Shown here one piece after another: positions 24,201 through 37,800 of a stretch of DNA of 64,000 bases. A program made the translations under genes and the position numbers. Source of the stretch: Phaeosaccion multiseriatum (lineage: Eukaryota; Protista; Ochrophyta, other classes); assembly GCA_965112735.1 (NCBI GenBank), contig OZ218950.1:1426001-1490000 (forward strand), given 5' to 3'. The number at the start of each line of letters is the position of its first letter. Position 1 is the first letter of the stretch. The notes below the pieces were generated by a model that saw only the letters and a list, made by a program, of their open reading frames with translations, made no database searches and was not told the DNA's origin.

Positions 24201-27200
24201 AGCCGCAGGAGAGAGTGCAGCACCCGTGTCTCCTCCTCGTGAGGCGTATGGCGCCAAGGGATGGCAAGCGCTGCGACCAGGGGCCCGGGGTGCTGGCAAG
24301 TACGGTCTCCGAGCCAAGCGAGCGGCGGCTGCTGCTTCCAGAGCTGCTGCTGCTAAGGCTGCCGCCGCACAAGCTGCTGATGCTGCTGGAAAGGCCGCTG
24401 CTGTGGAGGCGGAGGCACGTGGTCTTCCGCCTGAGGAGGTGGCAAATGCAGCAGTAAAGGCCGCTGAGGCGGCAGGAACAGCAGTAGAGGAGGCAGCGGC
24501 GGTAGAAGAGGCTGCGGTTGTGGCAGCAGAGGCAGCAGAGGCGTTTGCAGGAAGAGAAGCAGAAGGAAAGGCGACAGGTGGAGAGACAGAGATCCCAACT
24601 TCACGCTACAGTGCGAAGCAGTGGCAGGGCCTGCGACAAGGGGCCCGAGGGGCAGGGGTGTACAGTCTCCGAGCCAAGCGAGCTGCTCTTGCTGGTGCCA
24701 GAGCGGCTGGTACAGTGGCCGCTGCTGGCGCTGCTGCTGATGCTGCAGGAGAGGCGGCTGCTGTGGAGGCGAAGGCACGTGGTCTCCAGCCTGAGGAGGT
24801 GGAAGAAGCGGCAGCACAGGCCGCGGAGGCAGCAGGAGCGGCAGTGGAGAGGGCAGCGGCCGCGCAAGAGTCAGCAGTTGTGGCAGCAGAGACGGTAGAA
24901 GCGTTCTCAATGGTCGCAGAAGAGACAGCACGGATGGAAGTGAGTGGGCATGGTGCCATGGAAGGGAAGGGGCATGTATTTGAAGCAGTCGGTGACACAT
25001 CAGCAGCAGCGGAGGGGGCAGCAAAGGGAGGTGGGAAGGGGTGGTCGAAGCTCCGTCCAGGCGCGAAGGGAATAGGGAATTACCGCATAGAGGCGAAGCG
25101 AGCGGCTGATGCTGCTTCCAGGGCCGCTGCTGCGAGGGCTGCGGTAGCAAAGGCTGCTGAGTCTGCTGGGGAAGCCGCTGCTGAGAAGGCGAAGGCACGT
25201 GGTCTCCGGCCTGAGGAGGTCCGGGCGGCAGCAGCAGAGGCTGCTGAGGCAGCTGGGGCAGCCGTTGCAGAGGCAGCGGCGGCACAAGAGGCTGCGGTTG
25301 TGGCAGCAGAAGCGTTCACAGAAGGAGGAGAGAGTAGGGCGCCGGTGTCGTCTCCTCGCCTTCCTGATGGCACGAAGGGCTGGCAGGCGCTGCGAGCAGG
25401 GGCCAGAGGTGCTGGCAAGTACGGGCTTCGAGCGAAGCGAGCTGCTGCTGCTGGGATCAGGGCTGCTACTGCTCGGGCTGCGGCGGCTGAAGCTGCTGCT
25501 GCTGCTGGGGAAGCCGCCGCTAAGGAGGCCGAGGCACGTGGTCTCCAGCCTGAGGAGGTGGAAGCAGTGGCAGCAGAGGCTGCTGAGGCGGCAGGGGAAG
25601 CGGTGGAGGAGGCAGCGGCGGCACAGGAAGCTGAGGTTGTCGCGGCGGAGGCGATCGACGCGTTTGCAGGAGGAAAGAATACAGCCCCTGCGTATGGCGC
25701 CAAGGGGTGGCAGGGCTTGCGCGTAGGAGCCCGAGGAGCAGGGGTGTACGGTCTCCGAGCGAAGCGAGCTGCTGCCGCTGAGATCAGAGCTGCTGCTGCT
25801 CTGGCTGCGGCCGCGGAAGCTGCTGAGTCTGCTGGGGCAGCGGCTGCTGTGGAGGCGGAGGCACGTGGTCTCCAGCCTGAGGAGGTGGCGAATGCAGCAG
25901 CAGAGGCCGCTGAGGCGGCGGGGACGGCAGTGGAGGAGGCAGCGGCGACGCGAGAAGCTGAGGTTGTAGCGGCAGAGGCAGCAGAAGCAGGAGCTGCAGG
26001 AGAGAGTGCAGCGCGTGTGTCCCCTCCTCGTGAGGCGTATGGCGCCAAGGGATGGCAAACGCTGCGACCAGGGGCCCGGGGTGCTGGCAAGTACGGTCTC
26101 CGAGCCAAGCGAGCGGCGGCTGCTGCTTCCAGAGCTGCTGCGACTAAGGCTGCGGCCGAGCAAGCTGCCGAGGCTGCAGGAAAGGCCGCTGCTCTGAAGG
26201 CGGAGGCACGTGGTCTTCCGCCTGAGGAGGTGAAAGCGGCGGCAGCAGATGCTGCTGAAGCGGCAGGGGAAGCGGTGGAGGAGGCAGCGGCGATAGAGGA
26301 GGCTGCGGTTGTGGCAGCAGAAGCGTTTGGGGGAGGAGTAGCAGGAGAGAATGTGGCGTCTGCTTATGGCGCCAAGGGGTGGCAGACACTCAGACCAGGG
26401 GCCCGAGGTGTTGGCACGTACGGTCTCCGAGCCAAGCGAGCTGCTGCTGCTAAGGCTGCGGCTAAGGCAGCGGCCGCGCAGGCTGCTGATGCTGCTGGAA
26501 AGGCCGCTGCTGTGGAGGCGGAGGCGCGTGGTCTCCGGCCTGAGGAGGTGGCAAATGTATCAGTTAAGGCCGCTGAGGCGGCACGAGCAGCCGTGGAGAA
26601 GGCAGCGGTGGCGGAGGCTGAGGTTGTGGCAGCGGAGGAAGCCGAAGAATTTGCAGGACCAGCAACAGGAGAGAGTGGAGCACCTCCTTATAGCGCCAAG
26701 GGATGGCAGGGCTTGCGTGTGGGAGCCCGAGGAGCAGGGGTGTACGGTCTCCGCGCTAAGCGGGCTGCTGCTGCCGCCTCCAGAGCTGCCGCTGCAAAGG
26801 CTGCGGCCGCGAAAGCTGCTGAGGCTGCAGGAAAGGCCGCTGCTGTGGAAGCGGACGCACGTGGGCTCCGGCCTGAGGAGGTGGAGGCCGCGGCAGCAAA
26901 GGCTGCTGAGGCGGCAGGGGCAGCGGTGGAGGAGGAAGCGGCGGCACAAGAAGCTGAGGTGTTGGCAGCCGAGGCCGCAGAGGCGTTTACAGGAGCAGAT
27001 GGTGGTGGCAAAGGCGGCACTGCTGCTGACACTAGCGCTGGAACAGAGGCTCACGCTCGAACCATGGGGGGTCGTCGAGGGGATGGGGGCAAGAGGGAGC
27101 GTGGAGGACGTGATGTCGGAGGCGGAAGGATGGCAACGGATGGCAGAGGAGGAGAGAAAGCGATGGCACTAGAGGGTGGAAGAGAAGGAGGAGGGCGAGG

Positions 27201-29770
27201 AAGCAGTGGTGGGGGTGGGGGTGCCGAGAAGTACGAACGTGGCGGAGATCCTATTTCTGCTGCCACGGCTGCGGGCGCTGCGGCTGGTGCGGCTGCTGCG
27301 GCTGCAGCCATTGCTGCTACGGCTACGATGGCGAGTGCTGCTGCTGCTGCTGTCGCTGCTGCTGTATCACCAACTGCTCGAGGTGGGTCTGGCACTCGCG
27401 TGAGACGTGCAGTGGCAGCCTTGAACAGTAACAGCAGCAGTGATGGCGACGGTCGCTGGCGGACACATGGAGCCGGTGGGCGTCATCGGGAGGAGGAGGA
27501 GGACCATACTGCCCGTCGCCGTTTGGTATCTGAAGGGCTCTTTCGCTGGGAGAGTGTCCTCGGAGGGCGAGGCGGAGGACGAGGAGGAAGAGGCAGAAGA
27601 GGGCCACGAGGGGGGGTGCGGGAAGATGGCTCGGGCAGCTTTGCCTCGTCGTCTTCTGCTGCAGATGACCCATACCATCGTTGGTCGAAGCAGGCCTTGG
27701 AATTACGGCGGCAGCGCTTGATTGAGGAGGCGATTGCCGTGCTGATGACGGACAGCAGTGAGGAGGGGGAGAAGGGGGGAGAGTACGACGTTGAGGAGGT
27801 GGAGGAGGAGGATGATGATGATGATGAGGAGGAGGAGGAGGAGGAGGAGGAGGAGGAGGAGGAGGACGAGGAGGAGGACGAGGAGGAGGAGGAGGAGGAG
27901 GAGGAGGAGGACGAGGAGGAGGACGAGGAGGAGGAGGAGGAGGAGGAGGAGGAGGAAGAAGAAGAGGAGGAGGAGGAGGAGGAGGAGGAGGAGAGAAGAA
28001 GAAGAAGAAGAAGAAGAAGAAGAAGAAGAAGAAGAAGAAGAAGAAGAAGAAGAAGAAGAAGAAGAAGAAGAAGAAGAAGAAGAAGAAGAAGAAGAAGAAG
28101 AAGAAGAAGAAGAAGAAGAAGAAGAAGAAGAAGAAGAAGAAGAAGAAGAAGAAGAAGAGGAGGAGGAGGAGGAGGAGGAGGAGGAGGAGAGCGAGGAGGA
28201 GAGCGAGGAGGAGAGCGAGGAGGAGGAGGAGGAGGAGGAGGAGGAGGAGGAGGAGGAGAGCGAGGAGGAGAGCGAGGAGGAGAGCGAGGAGGAGGAAGAA
28301 GAGGAGAGCGAGGAGGAGGAGGAGGAGGAGGAGGAGGAGGAGGAGGAGGAGGAGGAGGAGGAGGAGGACGAGAGCGAAGAGGATGAGAGCGAGGAGGAGG
28401 AAGAAGACGAGAGCGAGGAAGAGGAAGTGGATGAGGAGGAGGAGGAGGAGGAGCAGGAGGAGGAGGAGGAGGAGGAGGAGGAGAGCGAAGAGGAGGAGGA
28501 GAGCGAAGACGAGGATGAAGAAGAGGAGGAGAGCGAAGAGGAAGAGAGCGAGGAGGAGAGCGAGGAGGAGGAGAGCGAAGAAGAGGTGGAAGAGGGGAGG
28601 GGGGGGGGGGGGGAGGAGGAAGAGGAGGAAGAAGAGGAGGAGAGTGAGGAAGAGGAGGGCGCCGAGGAGGAGAGCGAGGAGGAGGAGAGCGAGGAGGAGG
28701 AGAGCGAGGAGGAGAGCGAGGAGGAGGAGGAGGAGGAGGAGGAGGAGAGCGAAGAGGAGAGTGAAGAGGAGAGCGAAGAGGAGAGCGAAGAGGAGGAGAG
28801 TGAGGAAGAGGAGGAGGAGGAGGAGGAGGAGGAGGAGGAGGAGGAGGAGGAGAGCGAGGAGGAGGATGAGGAGAGCGAAGAAGAGGAGGAGAGCGAGGAA
28901 GAAGAGGATAGCGAGGAGGAGGAGGAGGAGGAGGAGGAGGAGGAGGAGAGCGAAGAGGAGAGCGAAGAGGAGGAGAGTGAGGAAGAGGAGGAGGAGGAGG
29001 AGGAGGAGGAGGAGGAGGAGGAGGAGGAGGAGGAGGAGGAGAGCGAAGAGGAGAGCGAAGAGGAGAGCGAAGAGGAGAGCGAAGAGGAGAGCGAAGAGGA
29101 GGAGGACAGCGAGGAGGAGGAGGAGGAGGAGGGTAGGGGAGGAGGAAACGAGCAGGAGGAGGAGGGGGAGGAGGAGGAGGAGGAGGAGGAGGAGGAGGAG
29201 AGCGAGGAGGAGGAGGAGGAGGAGGAGAGCGAGGAGGAGGAGGAGGAGGAGGAGGAGGAGGAGGGGGAGGAGGAGGAGGAGGAGGAGGAGGAGGAGAGCG
29301 AGGAGGAGGAGGAGAGCGAGGAGGAGGAGGAGGTGGAGGAGGAGGAGGAGGAGGAGGAGGAGAGCGAAGAGGAGAGCGAAGAGGAGGAGGAGAGCGAGGA
29401 GGAGGAGGAGGAGGAGGAGGAGGAGGAGGAGGAGGAGGAGGAGGAGGAGGAGGAGGAGGAGAGCGAGGAGAGCGAGGAGAGCGAGGAGAGCGAGCAGGAG
29501 GACAGCGAGGAAGAGGAGAGCGAAGAAGAGGAGTGGGAGGAGGAGGAAGAGGAGGAGGGGGAGGAGGAGGAGGAGGAGGAGGAGGAGGAGGAGGAGGAGG
29601 AGGAGGAGGAGGAGGAGGAGGAGGAGGAGAGCGAGGAGGGAGAGGAGGGGGAGGAGGAGAAGGTGGAGGAGAAGTTGGAGGAGAAGGGCGATGTGGTGAA
29701 ATCGGGGGGGAGTTTCTGGAGGGGCGCTTTCTTGGACGCGCCCCGCTCGGTTCGTAAAGAGTGCATATAG
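21292..29770 (+). CDS. Giant intronless repeat protein: Ser/acidic N-terminus, 14 x ~110-120-aa Ala/Glu-rich repeats, long poly-Glu/Ser tail (apparent frameshift near 27990)
   Basis: The ORF from ATG 21292 is open for more than 6.6 kb. At ~27990 the (GAG)n tract shifts register into (AGA)n. The alternative frame continues as poly-E/S to KGDVVKSGGSFWRGAFLDAPRSVRKECI* at 29770. Confidence 0.7.
22170..27000 (+). repeat. 14 tandem coding repeats of roughly 325-425 bp
   Basis: Unit YGAKGWQxLRxGARGxGxYGLRAKRAAAA..AVEAEARGLxPEEV..AAEAAEAAGxAVEEAAA..VVAAEAAEAF, starting near 22170, 22504, 22831, 23185, 23548, 23890, 24247, 24607, 25030, 25366, 25693, 26038, 26365 and 26689. Confidence 0.92.
27790..29690 (+). 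repeat. ~1.9-kb GAG/GAA/AGC trinucleotide tract (poly-Glu with Ser)
   Basis: Direct reading; includes a pure (GAA)n run at ~27994-28157. Confidence 0.95.
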
Positions 29771-30159
29771 TTACAGCATCATCCAGGGAAGCCAGCGGAC
29801 TCCGCATGAGATCGTTGCTCTTATTTAAGATAGAATCGTACGTAATTTTTATTGGTAATTGTTAATGATGAGACTTTTAGCTGTAGTTCCTTACTTTCCC
29901 GTTCATGTTGAGTTGTTTCCCCTTCTGTCCTCCCTCCTCGATCGGTTGTTAGGTGCCTTCCCCCTAAGGCTTACACATCGAAGTAGCTTGGCTCTCAACA
30001 CTCTCTCTCTCATCTCTCGTCTCTTCCCTCTCATCTGTCTCTCTCTCTCCTCCCTCCTCTGTCCTCTCTCCTCCCACCTCTCCTCTGTCCTCTCCCGCGT
30101 CGCTTCCCTACAAGGGCACCGACGACGGTCGCTACTTAGACGCAACACATACATCCTCA

Positions 30160-30209
<50 letters not shown>

Positions 30210-30336
30210 CTCGCTCTCGCTCTCTCTCTCCTTCCCTCCCGCACACCTTCGGGTACTGACGTAATCCTGGCCACACACCTCCAGCGCGTCCACTGCCATC
30301 TACCCCGCACTTTGGACCACTTCCATCCACTGCCAT

Positions 30337-33300
30337 CTACTCGAGCAATAGGACATCAACTGCGCCGGGGGTAGGAGGCTCCGCCGGGGCTGCCCAGCCG
30401 ACCAACCCACCCACGCTGCTGCAGATGGTGTCAGTGGTATCAGCCCCTCCTCCTCCTCCTCCTCCTCCTCCTCCTCCTCCTCCTCCTCCTCCTCCTCCTC
30501 CTCCTCCTCCTCCTCCTCCTCCTCCTCCTCCTCCTCCTTCTGCTTCGCTCCCCGCCCCCCTCATGATAGCGGGGGAGGATGCACATGCATGAAGCCCCCC
30601 CCTTTCCGGAGAGGAGGAGGAGGTAGACGACGAAGGCTTATACCCTATCGCATACGACTCTACACCGAGTCGGACTCGAGGAAACATGAGGCTATTCGTG
30701 GCTGAGTTGGGTCGATCGGTAGCCTTCCCGCCGCAGAAGTCCTCCCCTCCTATCCCCCCCCCAACTCCTCCTCCTCCTCGCTCTCCTCCTCCTCCTCCTC
30801 CTCCTCCTCCTCCTCCTCCTCCTCCTCCTCCTCCTCCTGTACTCTGCCCTGCCCCGTGAGTGGACAGTACCATCGCAGGCTGACCCTCACCGTATGCGTG
30901 TTGGTGCTGCAGAGGCGAAGTCACAGATTGCGGAATCTTGAAGCCTGCCCTGTACACGTACTTTACCGGCGAAGGTGTCGCCCCTGCTGTTTTCGGCCTC
31001 GCCCTCGTCCGGCGCTGATGAGAAGGAGAGATGTTGTTGTTGTTGCTGTTGTGGTGGTGGTGATGATGGTGGTGGTGGTGGTTGCCGTCGTTGTCGGTGT
31101 CGTTGTTGCCGAAGGCGCTGAAACTGTCGAGGTTGTTGCTGTTGGTATGGGCCGTGTCCACTCGGAAAGCCGAGCTGTTGGGCTTAAAGTTGGTACTTCC
31201 CTTGCTGCGCGAAGGAGAACAACACCGACCCCATCCGGTCGATCCCGCGGGGGAGAGAGAGGATAGGAGTGACGTGAGCAGCCCCCGGGGGGACGAAGAG
31301 AGAGGAAGGATGAGGTACAACAGGCGTCAACAAGCAAAGAGTTCTAAGATACATACATAGAGGGAGAGAGAGAGACAGAGAGAGAGGGAAGAACTCAACC
31401 TGGAAGTATTAGTCTCTGAAAACCACACAAGTCGCGTCTCTTAACGCCAACAAGTCAAGCAAAAGTCAAGCAGAAGTCCAGCAAAAGTCAAGCACTCACG
31501 CGTGGTTGTTGAAGTTCTGAATGCCGCCTCCCCCTCCGCCCTCGCCATTGGCCCCAAACGGTGGCGTATCTGCGTAGTTGTTGCTGCTATTGTTGTTGTT
31601 GTCTTTTCCAGTCATCGGCCGGGGAAGGGCTCCTCTCGCCGCTCCCATCTCCTCCACTCCCTTGGGAGTCGCCAGCGGGGGCACCGGCGCTGCTCGGATG
31701 TCTCCCCCTGCGAGGGAGGCATCCACCCTTCCTCGTCCTTCTCCTCCTCGGGCCCCGCTCCCTTGATGGCCTAGCGACGCTACGCCGAAGGGCCGGTTGC
31801 ATGCCACGCAGGCAGGATCAAGCTTCACCTTACCAAAGAGAGTGGTGTTTGCCTCCACCTTGTTGTGTCTGGAGATGGCTACTCGGAGAGCTGCCTCTAG
31901 CCTGCGTTGGGTAGAGGGAGGGGAGGGGAGGGGAGGGGAGGGGAGGGGAGGGGAGGGGAGGGGAGGGGAGGGGAGGGAGGGGGGGGGGGTGATTTGCAAT
32001 CACAATCCTCAAGGTGGGGTGCATCGATAGTTACAAGTCTAGTTTTCGGTTTTAGTTTTATATGACGAGCACCACTATCGAACACCATGAATACAATCGA
32101 TATTGAACCTTCTGTGCTTACGATACTTGAAGGTTGAAGGTCGAATGAACTGACACTGAAGTGAAGTGAATCACGTGGGTGAAAGACCAAAACCGAGACA
32201 CGAAGTCAAGAGTCCCCTTCTCTCCCCTACACACACACACAAACGTGCACACACACAAACGTACACACACACACATCTCTCTCTCACACACACTCACACA
32301 CATACACGTACACACACTCTCTCTCACACCCACACACACACACGCTCACACACACACGCACACACACACTCACACACGCTCACACACAAACGCACTCATA
32401 CACACACGCTCACACACGCACATACGCACTCACACACACACTCACACACACTCAAGAAGTATCCAGGTACGTTGATCCCCATAAGTCAACATAGTTCTCT
32501 CCCACACATAAGCACGCGCACACACACACATACGTAATTCTTCGGTTGATTCCTCTAAGTCAATAAAATCCCCCTCCCCCGCGATACCTGTTGTAGAAGG
32601 TATCTCTGACGGACGTGGTGAGATTGGATCGCGAGGGATACGCCTTGTCCACTACCGCCCTCGAGTCTCGGATGAAGTGATCAAGCATGCCGTTACGCAT
32701 TGCTAGGACTCGTCTGGAGGGAGGGAGGGAGGGAGGGAGGGAGGGAGGGAGGGAGGGAGGGAGGGAGGGAGGGAGGGTTCAGTGAGGCATGTGCGTGTGT
32801 CCCACGGCGGGGGAAGCGATAGTAGCAGTGCGCTTAGGACATCTTGGAGTGCGTCTTCGACCGTCCTGACACACACCCAGCCACCCTCTGTCCTGACACC
32901 CAGCCACCCTCTGTCCTGACACCCACCCACCCTCTGTCCTGACACCCGCCCATCCCCCCACCTACCCACCCTCCCATTGTCCTGACACCTACCCACCCAT
33001 GACTTACTACACCCACCCATTGGCTTGGTACACCTACCTGTCCAGGTCCACATCCCCCCTCTCGGGATGTGCGAGGGCCGCAACCTTCATGAGCACATCA
33101 AAGTCCGCCTTTTGCGCGATGAGCTTGGAGGCACGCTGTACAGTACCGGCCACCACCTGTCGGTAGGTGCAGGGGTAAGTGCATGGGTAGGTGGATGGGT
33201 AGGTGGATGGGTAGGGGGATGGGTGTGGTGTCAGGAGGAGCGCGAAGCTGCGCTGGCCCAAGCCAAGCCAATAAGCATACATCCATGCATACGCAAACTT

Positions 33301-34815
33301 ACGATACAGGAATACGTAAGTACTGACCTGCTGCAGCTCGAAGGGGCACACGTAGTCCTTGGTGCCCCTTGAGGCGGCTTCAATGCGACATGCCACGTCA
33401 CCCATCACAGCCCCGTGTGCGCTGAGCTTGGCCCTTAGCACCGTCCAGAACGCATCCTTGCTGCTGAAGGCGGCAACCACGCCCTCCACCTGCAAGCAAG
33501 TCAGTATCAAACATCAACATCAACATCAACATCAACATCAACACGGACATGAGATTGAGCATCAACATGAACATCAATGCATTGGAAGAGTCGAAACGGC
33601 AGAGTACAGTCCCACCACCTTAGGTCTGACCAGAACATGTTCTTAACAAGATCTGATACTCGCGAAAAGAGCTGGTACATGCAGAAACATGACCACACAA
33701 ACGAGAAGAACAACCAAAAGCGTAGAAAGCGTAGCTAGCCGTAATAATAAATAGTAATAGTAGCGAACCAAATAACATGTCGTCCGTTACCTTGCGGCAG
33801 AGCTGTGCAAGGGCAATGTTGCTCTTCTCTACACGCCGGAGATCTCCGAAGTGTCTGCCTTGTTGTCGCTTGAGGGCTTGCGCGATGCTGGACGAAGGGA
33901 GGGAGGGAGGGAGGGAGGGAGGGAGGGAGGGAGGGAGAGAGGGAGGGAGGGAGGGAGGGAGGGACGAAGGGAGGGAGGGAGGGAGGGAGGGAGGGAGGGA
34001 GGGAGGGAGGGAGGGAGGGAGGGAGGGAGGGAGGGAGGGAGGGAGGGAGGTCAGAAACTGATCATTGAGGGGGGTTGTCCATGGGCAGTGGCCCATAGGA
34101 AGCAGCCCAAGGGAGCGCCGACCGAGTAGAAGGAAGAGAGCTGAGGCCTGAAGGCGCAGAGCTGAGGGTGGAGGACTGAGAACCTGGGGCTGAGTGGAGG
34201 ACATGACTGAGAGATGGAGAGGGTGTCGAGAGGGGAAAAACATGCATGTATATACATATACATATACATATATGACTGTGAACATACATAATATATGTAT
34301 GACTATACCTGGAGAGGTTATCAAGGTCTCTGGGGCTGGGATTGTGAAGCAGAGAACGGAGCATGTCTTGTACGTCATCAAGGAGGGTGGAGCACGTGTT
34401 GGTGACGTGATCGTTAAAGGACGCGGCTTGGCTCTCCACTCTCTCCCTGTTAGGAGTGGGGGAGGGGAGGGGAGGTGAGGTGAAGAGAGGGGAGGGGGCG
34501 GGGAGGGGAGGGGGAGGGACGGGAGGGGGAGGGAGGGGAGGGGAGGGTAGCAGAGGAAAGGAAAGGAAAAGAGGGGAGGGGAGGGGAGGGGAGGGGAGGG
34601 GAGGAAAGGAGAGGAGGGGAGAGGAGAGGAGACAAACAGCGAAAGAAATTCGAGAGCACAAGCCTGCTTACTCACATGCGGTCGCCGAACCCTCGGAGGG
34701 AGCCATCGACTCGATTCTCAAGGGCCTTGACAGCCACCGTCTGGGCTTCGATCGCCGGCACCGTTTCCTCTCGAACTCTCTCCAGGGCCTGTGCGTGTGT
34801 GTGTGCGTGCGTGTG

Positions 34816-34846
<31 letters not shown>

Positions 34847-37800
34847 CGTAGCGACGGTATCACAAAAGAGATGCACGGTAGTTGCAGCAACACAAGTTGG
34901 TGTTAAAGCAGGGGATGGAGCGTTGTTGAGCTGTGAGGGTGCGGTCTCTCGGGGGATGCGTGGGGTTCGCGCGTAAGGCCTCATACACACAAACATACAC
35001 GCACTCACGCCTACACACAAATGCGCACACACATATATACACACGCACACAGACAGACACACCCACACCCTCACGCACACGCACACGCGCGCGCACACAC
35101 ACACACAAACGCACACACACACATACCTGCGCGTTGGCCTTGACACTCCTCAGCAGCTTCGAGGTATCCGCCTCCATCTTGGCTTTGGCCTCTTCACTGG
35201 CCCTCTGCAGGCCCAAGGAAAGGTCGTCAGAAGCCTCTCGAAGCTCTTCTCCAAGGGCACGCAGCTCCACTTCAGAGGCCTTTGATGCCTCCAAGGCCTA
35301 AGGGTGGGGGTGGGTTGTGTGCGTGTAAGAGAGAGAGAGAGGGGGGCGGGGGGGGAGAGAGAAGAGACAGAGAGAAAGAGAGAGAGAGAGAAGGCATGCA
35401 CGCACGCAGGTATGCACGCACGCATGCACAGACGCACAGACGCACAGACGCACGCACGCACGCACGCACCTGCACATGACTCTCAACGTCGTGTATGGCC
35501 TTCTTGAGCGCCTCCGTCTGTGCGCTATGTGCGGAAGTCTTGGCCACGCTCACGGCCTTGGCGGTCTGCTCCTGGATGGTGGTCATCCTCTTACCCGCCT
35601 CGACCATCTGTGAATCCAGCTTGTCCTGACACTTCGACACGGCCTGCAGATCGCTGGTCAGGGCGTCTCCGACGGCCTCGACCTGTGTGGGCACCGTGCG
35701 TCACACGATGGATGGATGTCGATATCGAGCACGACGATGGATATCGAACATGGATATTATCGGCATTTGTCTCAAGGTAAGCCAAAGGAACGAGCTGAAA
35801 AGGGAGGGGAATGAATGAGGGAGGGCGGTTCACCCGTGGAGTATACCGTTTCAAACTCGCACTCACAATAAAAATTCACCACCCAACCACCTAAGTAAAG
35901 ACCGAAACTCAAACCCAAGCTCCCCAACGCCATCGCCTCCATCCATCTCTTCTCGTACGCGTTCCGTACGTTTCCATACCTGCAGGAGCTTGTCATCGGT
36001 GGCGGAAATGTGCTCCACCGCACTCTGTATGGCCTCATCCCTGTCCCTCAGGAGGGCGTCTGTTCTCTGCTCTCCCTCCCGTGTGGCCTCCAAGGCAGCC
36101 TCGCTCTTGTCTCTGACCTCCTCAATCTCTGTCTTAAGCCTGTCCTCCAGCTCGTCATACTTCTCGCACTGCTCTTCCTCCGTCTCGTCCATTCGGGTCT
36201 GCGGTTCGGAGTCCCGGGCGATAGCAGTAGTCGGGGTCAGGGTCAGGGTCAGGGTCAGGGTCATGGTCATTTTCGTTATTTCTGGGCTTAAGAAGCACCA
36301 GATGTGGCAGGTGAGGGGGTGGCACAACATGGTCATGCTCTGAAGTTGAAGCCTCGAACCCTGGATTTTGGTTAGTTTCTCTCAGTCTGAAAATCTCAGT
36401 CTTCGATTTCTCTCACCTTCAATGCCCCCACTTCAAAGTCCAGCCTGTCCAGCTTGAGCGTTTGCTCCACCTGCGAGTCCTTCACCACAGCCTTGATCTT
36501 CTCAAGCTCGTTGTCGCTGGCCTCTAGCACAGAGCTCACCCTCCGCTTCATCTCAGTCTCTATCAGGTCCTCCGTGTTGGCAAGGAAGCGGTTGCGTGTG
36601 CCACTAAGCTTACGGAATAGCACGTCGCCATCCAAAGACCCTTCTACGTTCTCCACACGCTGCAGGGCAAGGGACAGCGTCTTTTCTGTGTGTTGACGCA
36701 GCGTTTGCACCTCGCCCATAATGTTGGCCATTTCGTCCTGAAGTTTGGCCCCGAGGAGTCGCTTAGTCTTTCCCGTCTCGTCCTTAATGCCGGCCTGCAC
36801 AGCCCCGATCTTCTGTTCGAGCTTGGCGGTCGCGTTTTCCAGGTCTGCGCTGGAGGGCTGAGCTTCGATGAGCATCTGCATATGAGTGTGTGTGCGTGTG
36901 TGGGGGTGGGTGGGGGTGTGTGTGTGTGTGGTTATGTGTGGATGTGAGGGTGGGTGTGGAGAAAAGTACGCCCGATAAGAATGAGGAGGGAGATTCGCGC
37001 CTCGCGATCAGCTGTGCACGAGGAAAGGGGGAAGCCAGAGAGAGAGGGGTTGGGGGGCCCGCAAAGCAAGCCAACAGAACGTATCGGAGACATGCCCAGA
37101 CGCTCATGACCACTTGAATCGGTCTCCTTCTCTACCATCTCTTCCTCTCTCTCTCCCTCTTCCTCCCCCTCTCCCACCGCACCCCCTCTTCCTCCAGTGG
37201 TGGTCCTTCCCGCCCCACCCCACCCACCTTGAGTTGACGCAGCTGCATGAGTCGGTTCTCGTTCGCGGCGTAGCCTTTGGACTCCAGAATCGCGGCCTCC
37301 TGTCGATCCCTTGCCCGTTGCTCTCTCGCTCGGTCCTGTAGAGTCAGCATCTCGTGCCTCAGATCCTGTAGAGTCAGCTCGTCGCCACTCGCCGCCTCCC
37401 CTGTGTGCTCCCTCTCTACGGCCTCCTCCTCCTCGGAGTCGTCGCTCTCGTCTTCGTCCTCTTGCTCGTCCTCGTCCTCCCGCTCCAGGACCGGCTTGAT
37501 GGCAATAGATACCGGCTTACTCGCTGCCCCACCCACCACGTCCACGCCTCCTTCCCCTCCTCCTCGTGGGGCTGCTGCTGACGACGACCCCCTACTGCGT
37601 CGAGAAGCTGCCCTCTTGGCCATCTCAAGCTCGTGCTTACTGAGCTCCTTATGGACAGTTTCCTGCGCCGCCACAATTGCCATCTGTCTCGCCGCCTCGG
37701 CAGCCTCGTCCGCCATATTCTTCACCTGGCCCTCCATAGCCTCCACCTTCTCCCCCAACCCTTGGATGATCTCTTCAAGCTTATCGGTGTTGAGCTGAAT

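Noticed and set aside
22170-27000. Transposon or collapsed-assembly repeat
   Set aside because: Units diverge substantially while keeping frame and conserved residues, and there are no transposase, reverse transcriptase or terminal repeat features.
27483-29807. Extensin-like poly-Pro and poly-Ser ORFs on the minus strand
   Set aside because: These are antisense shadows of the GAG tract, which lacks stops in those frames.
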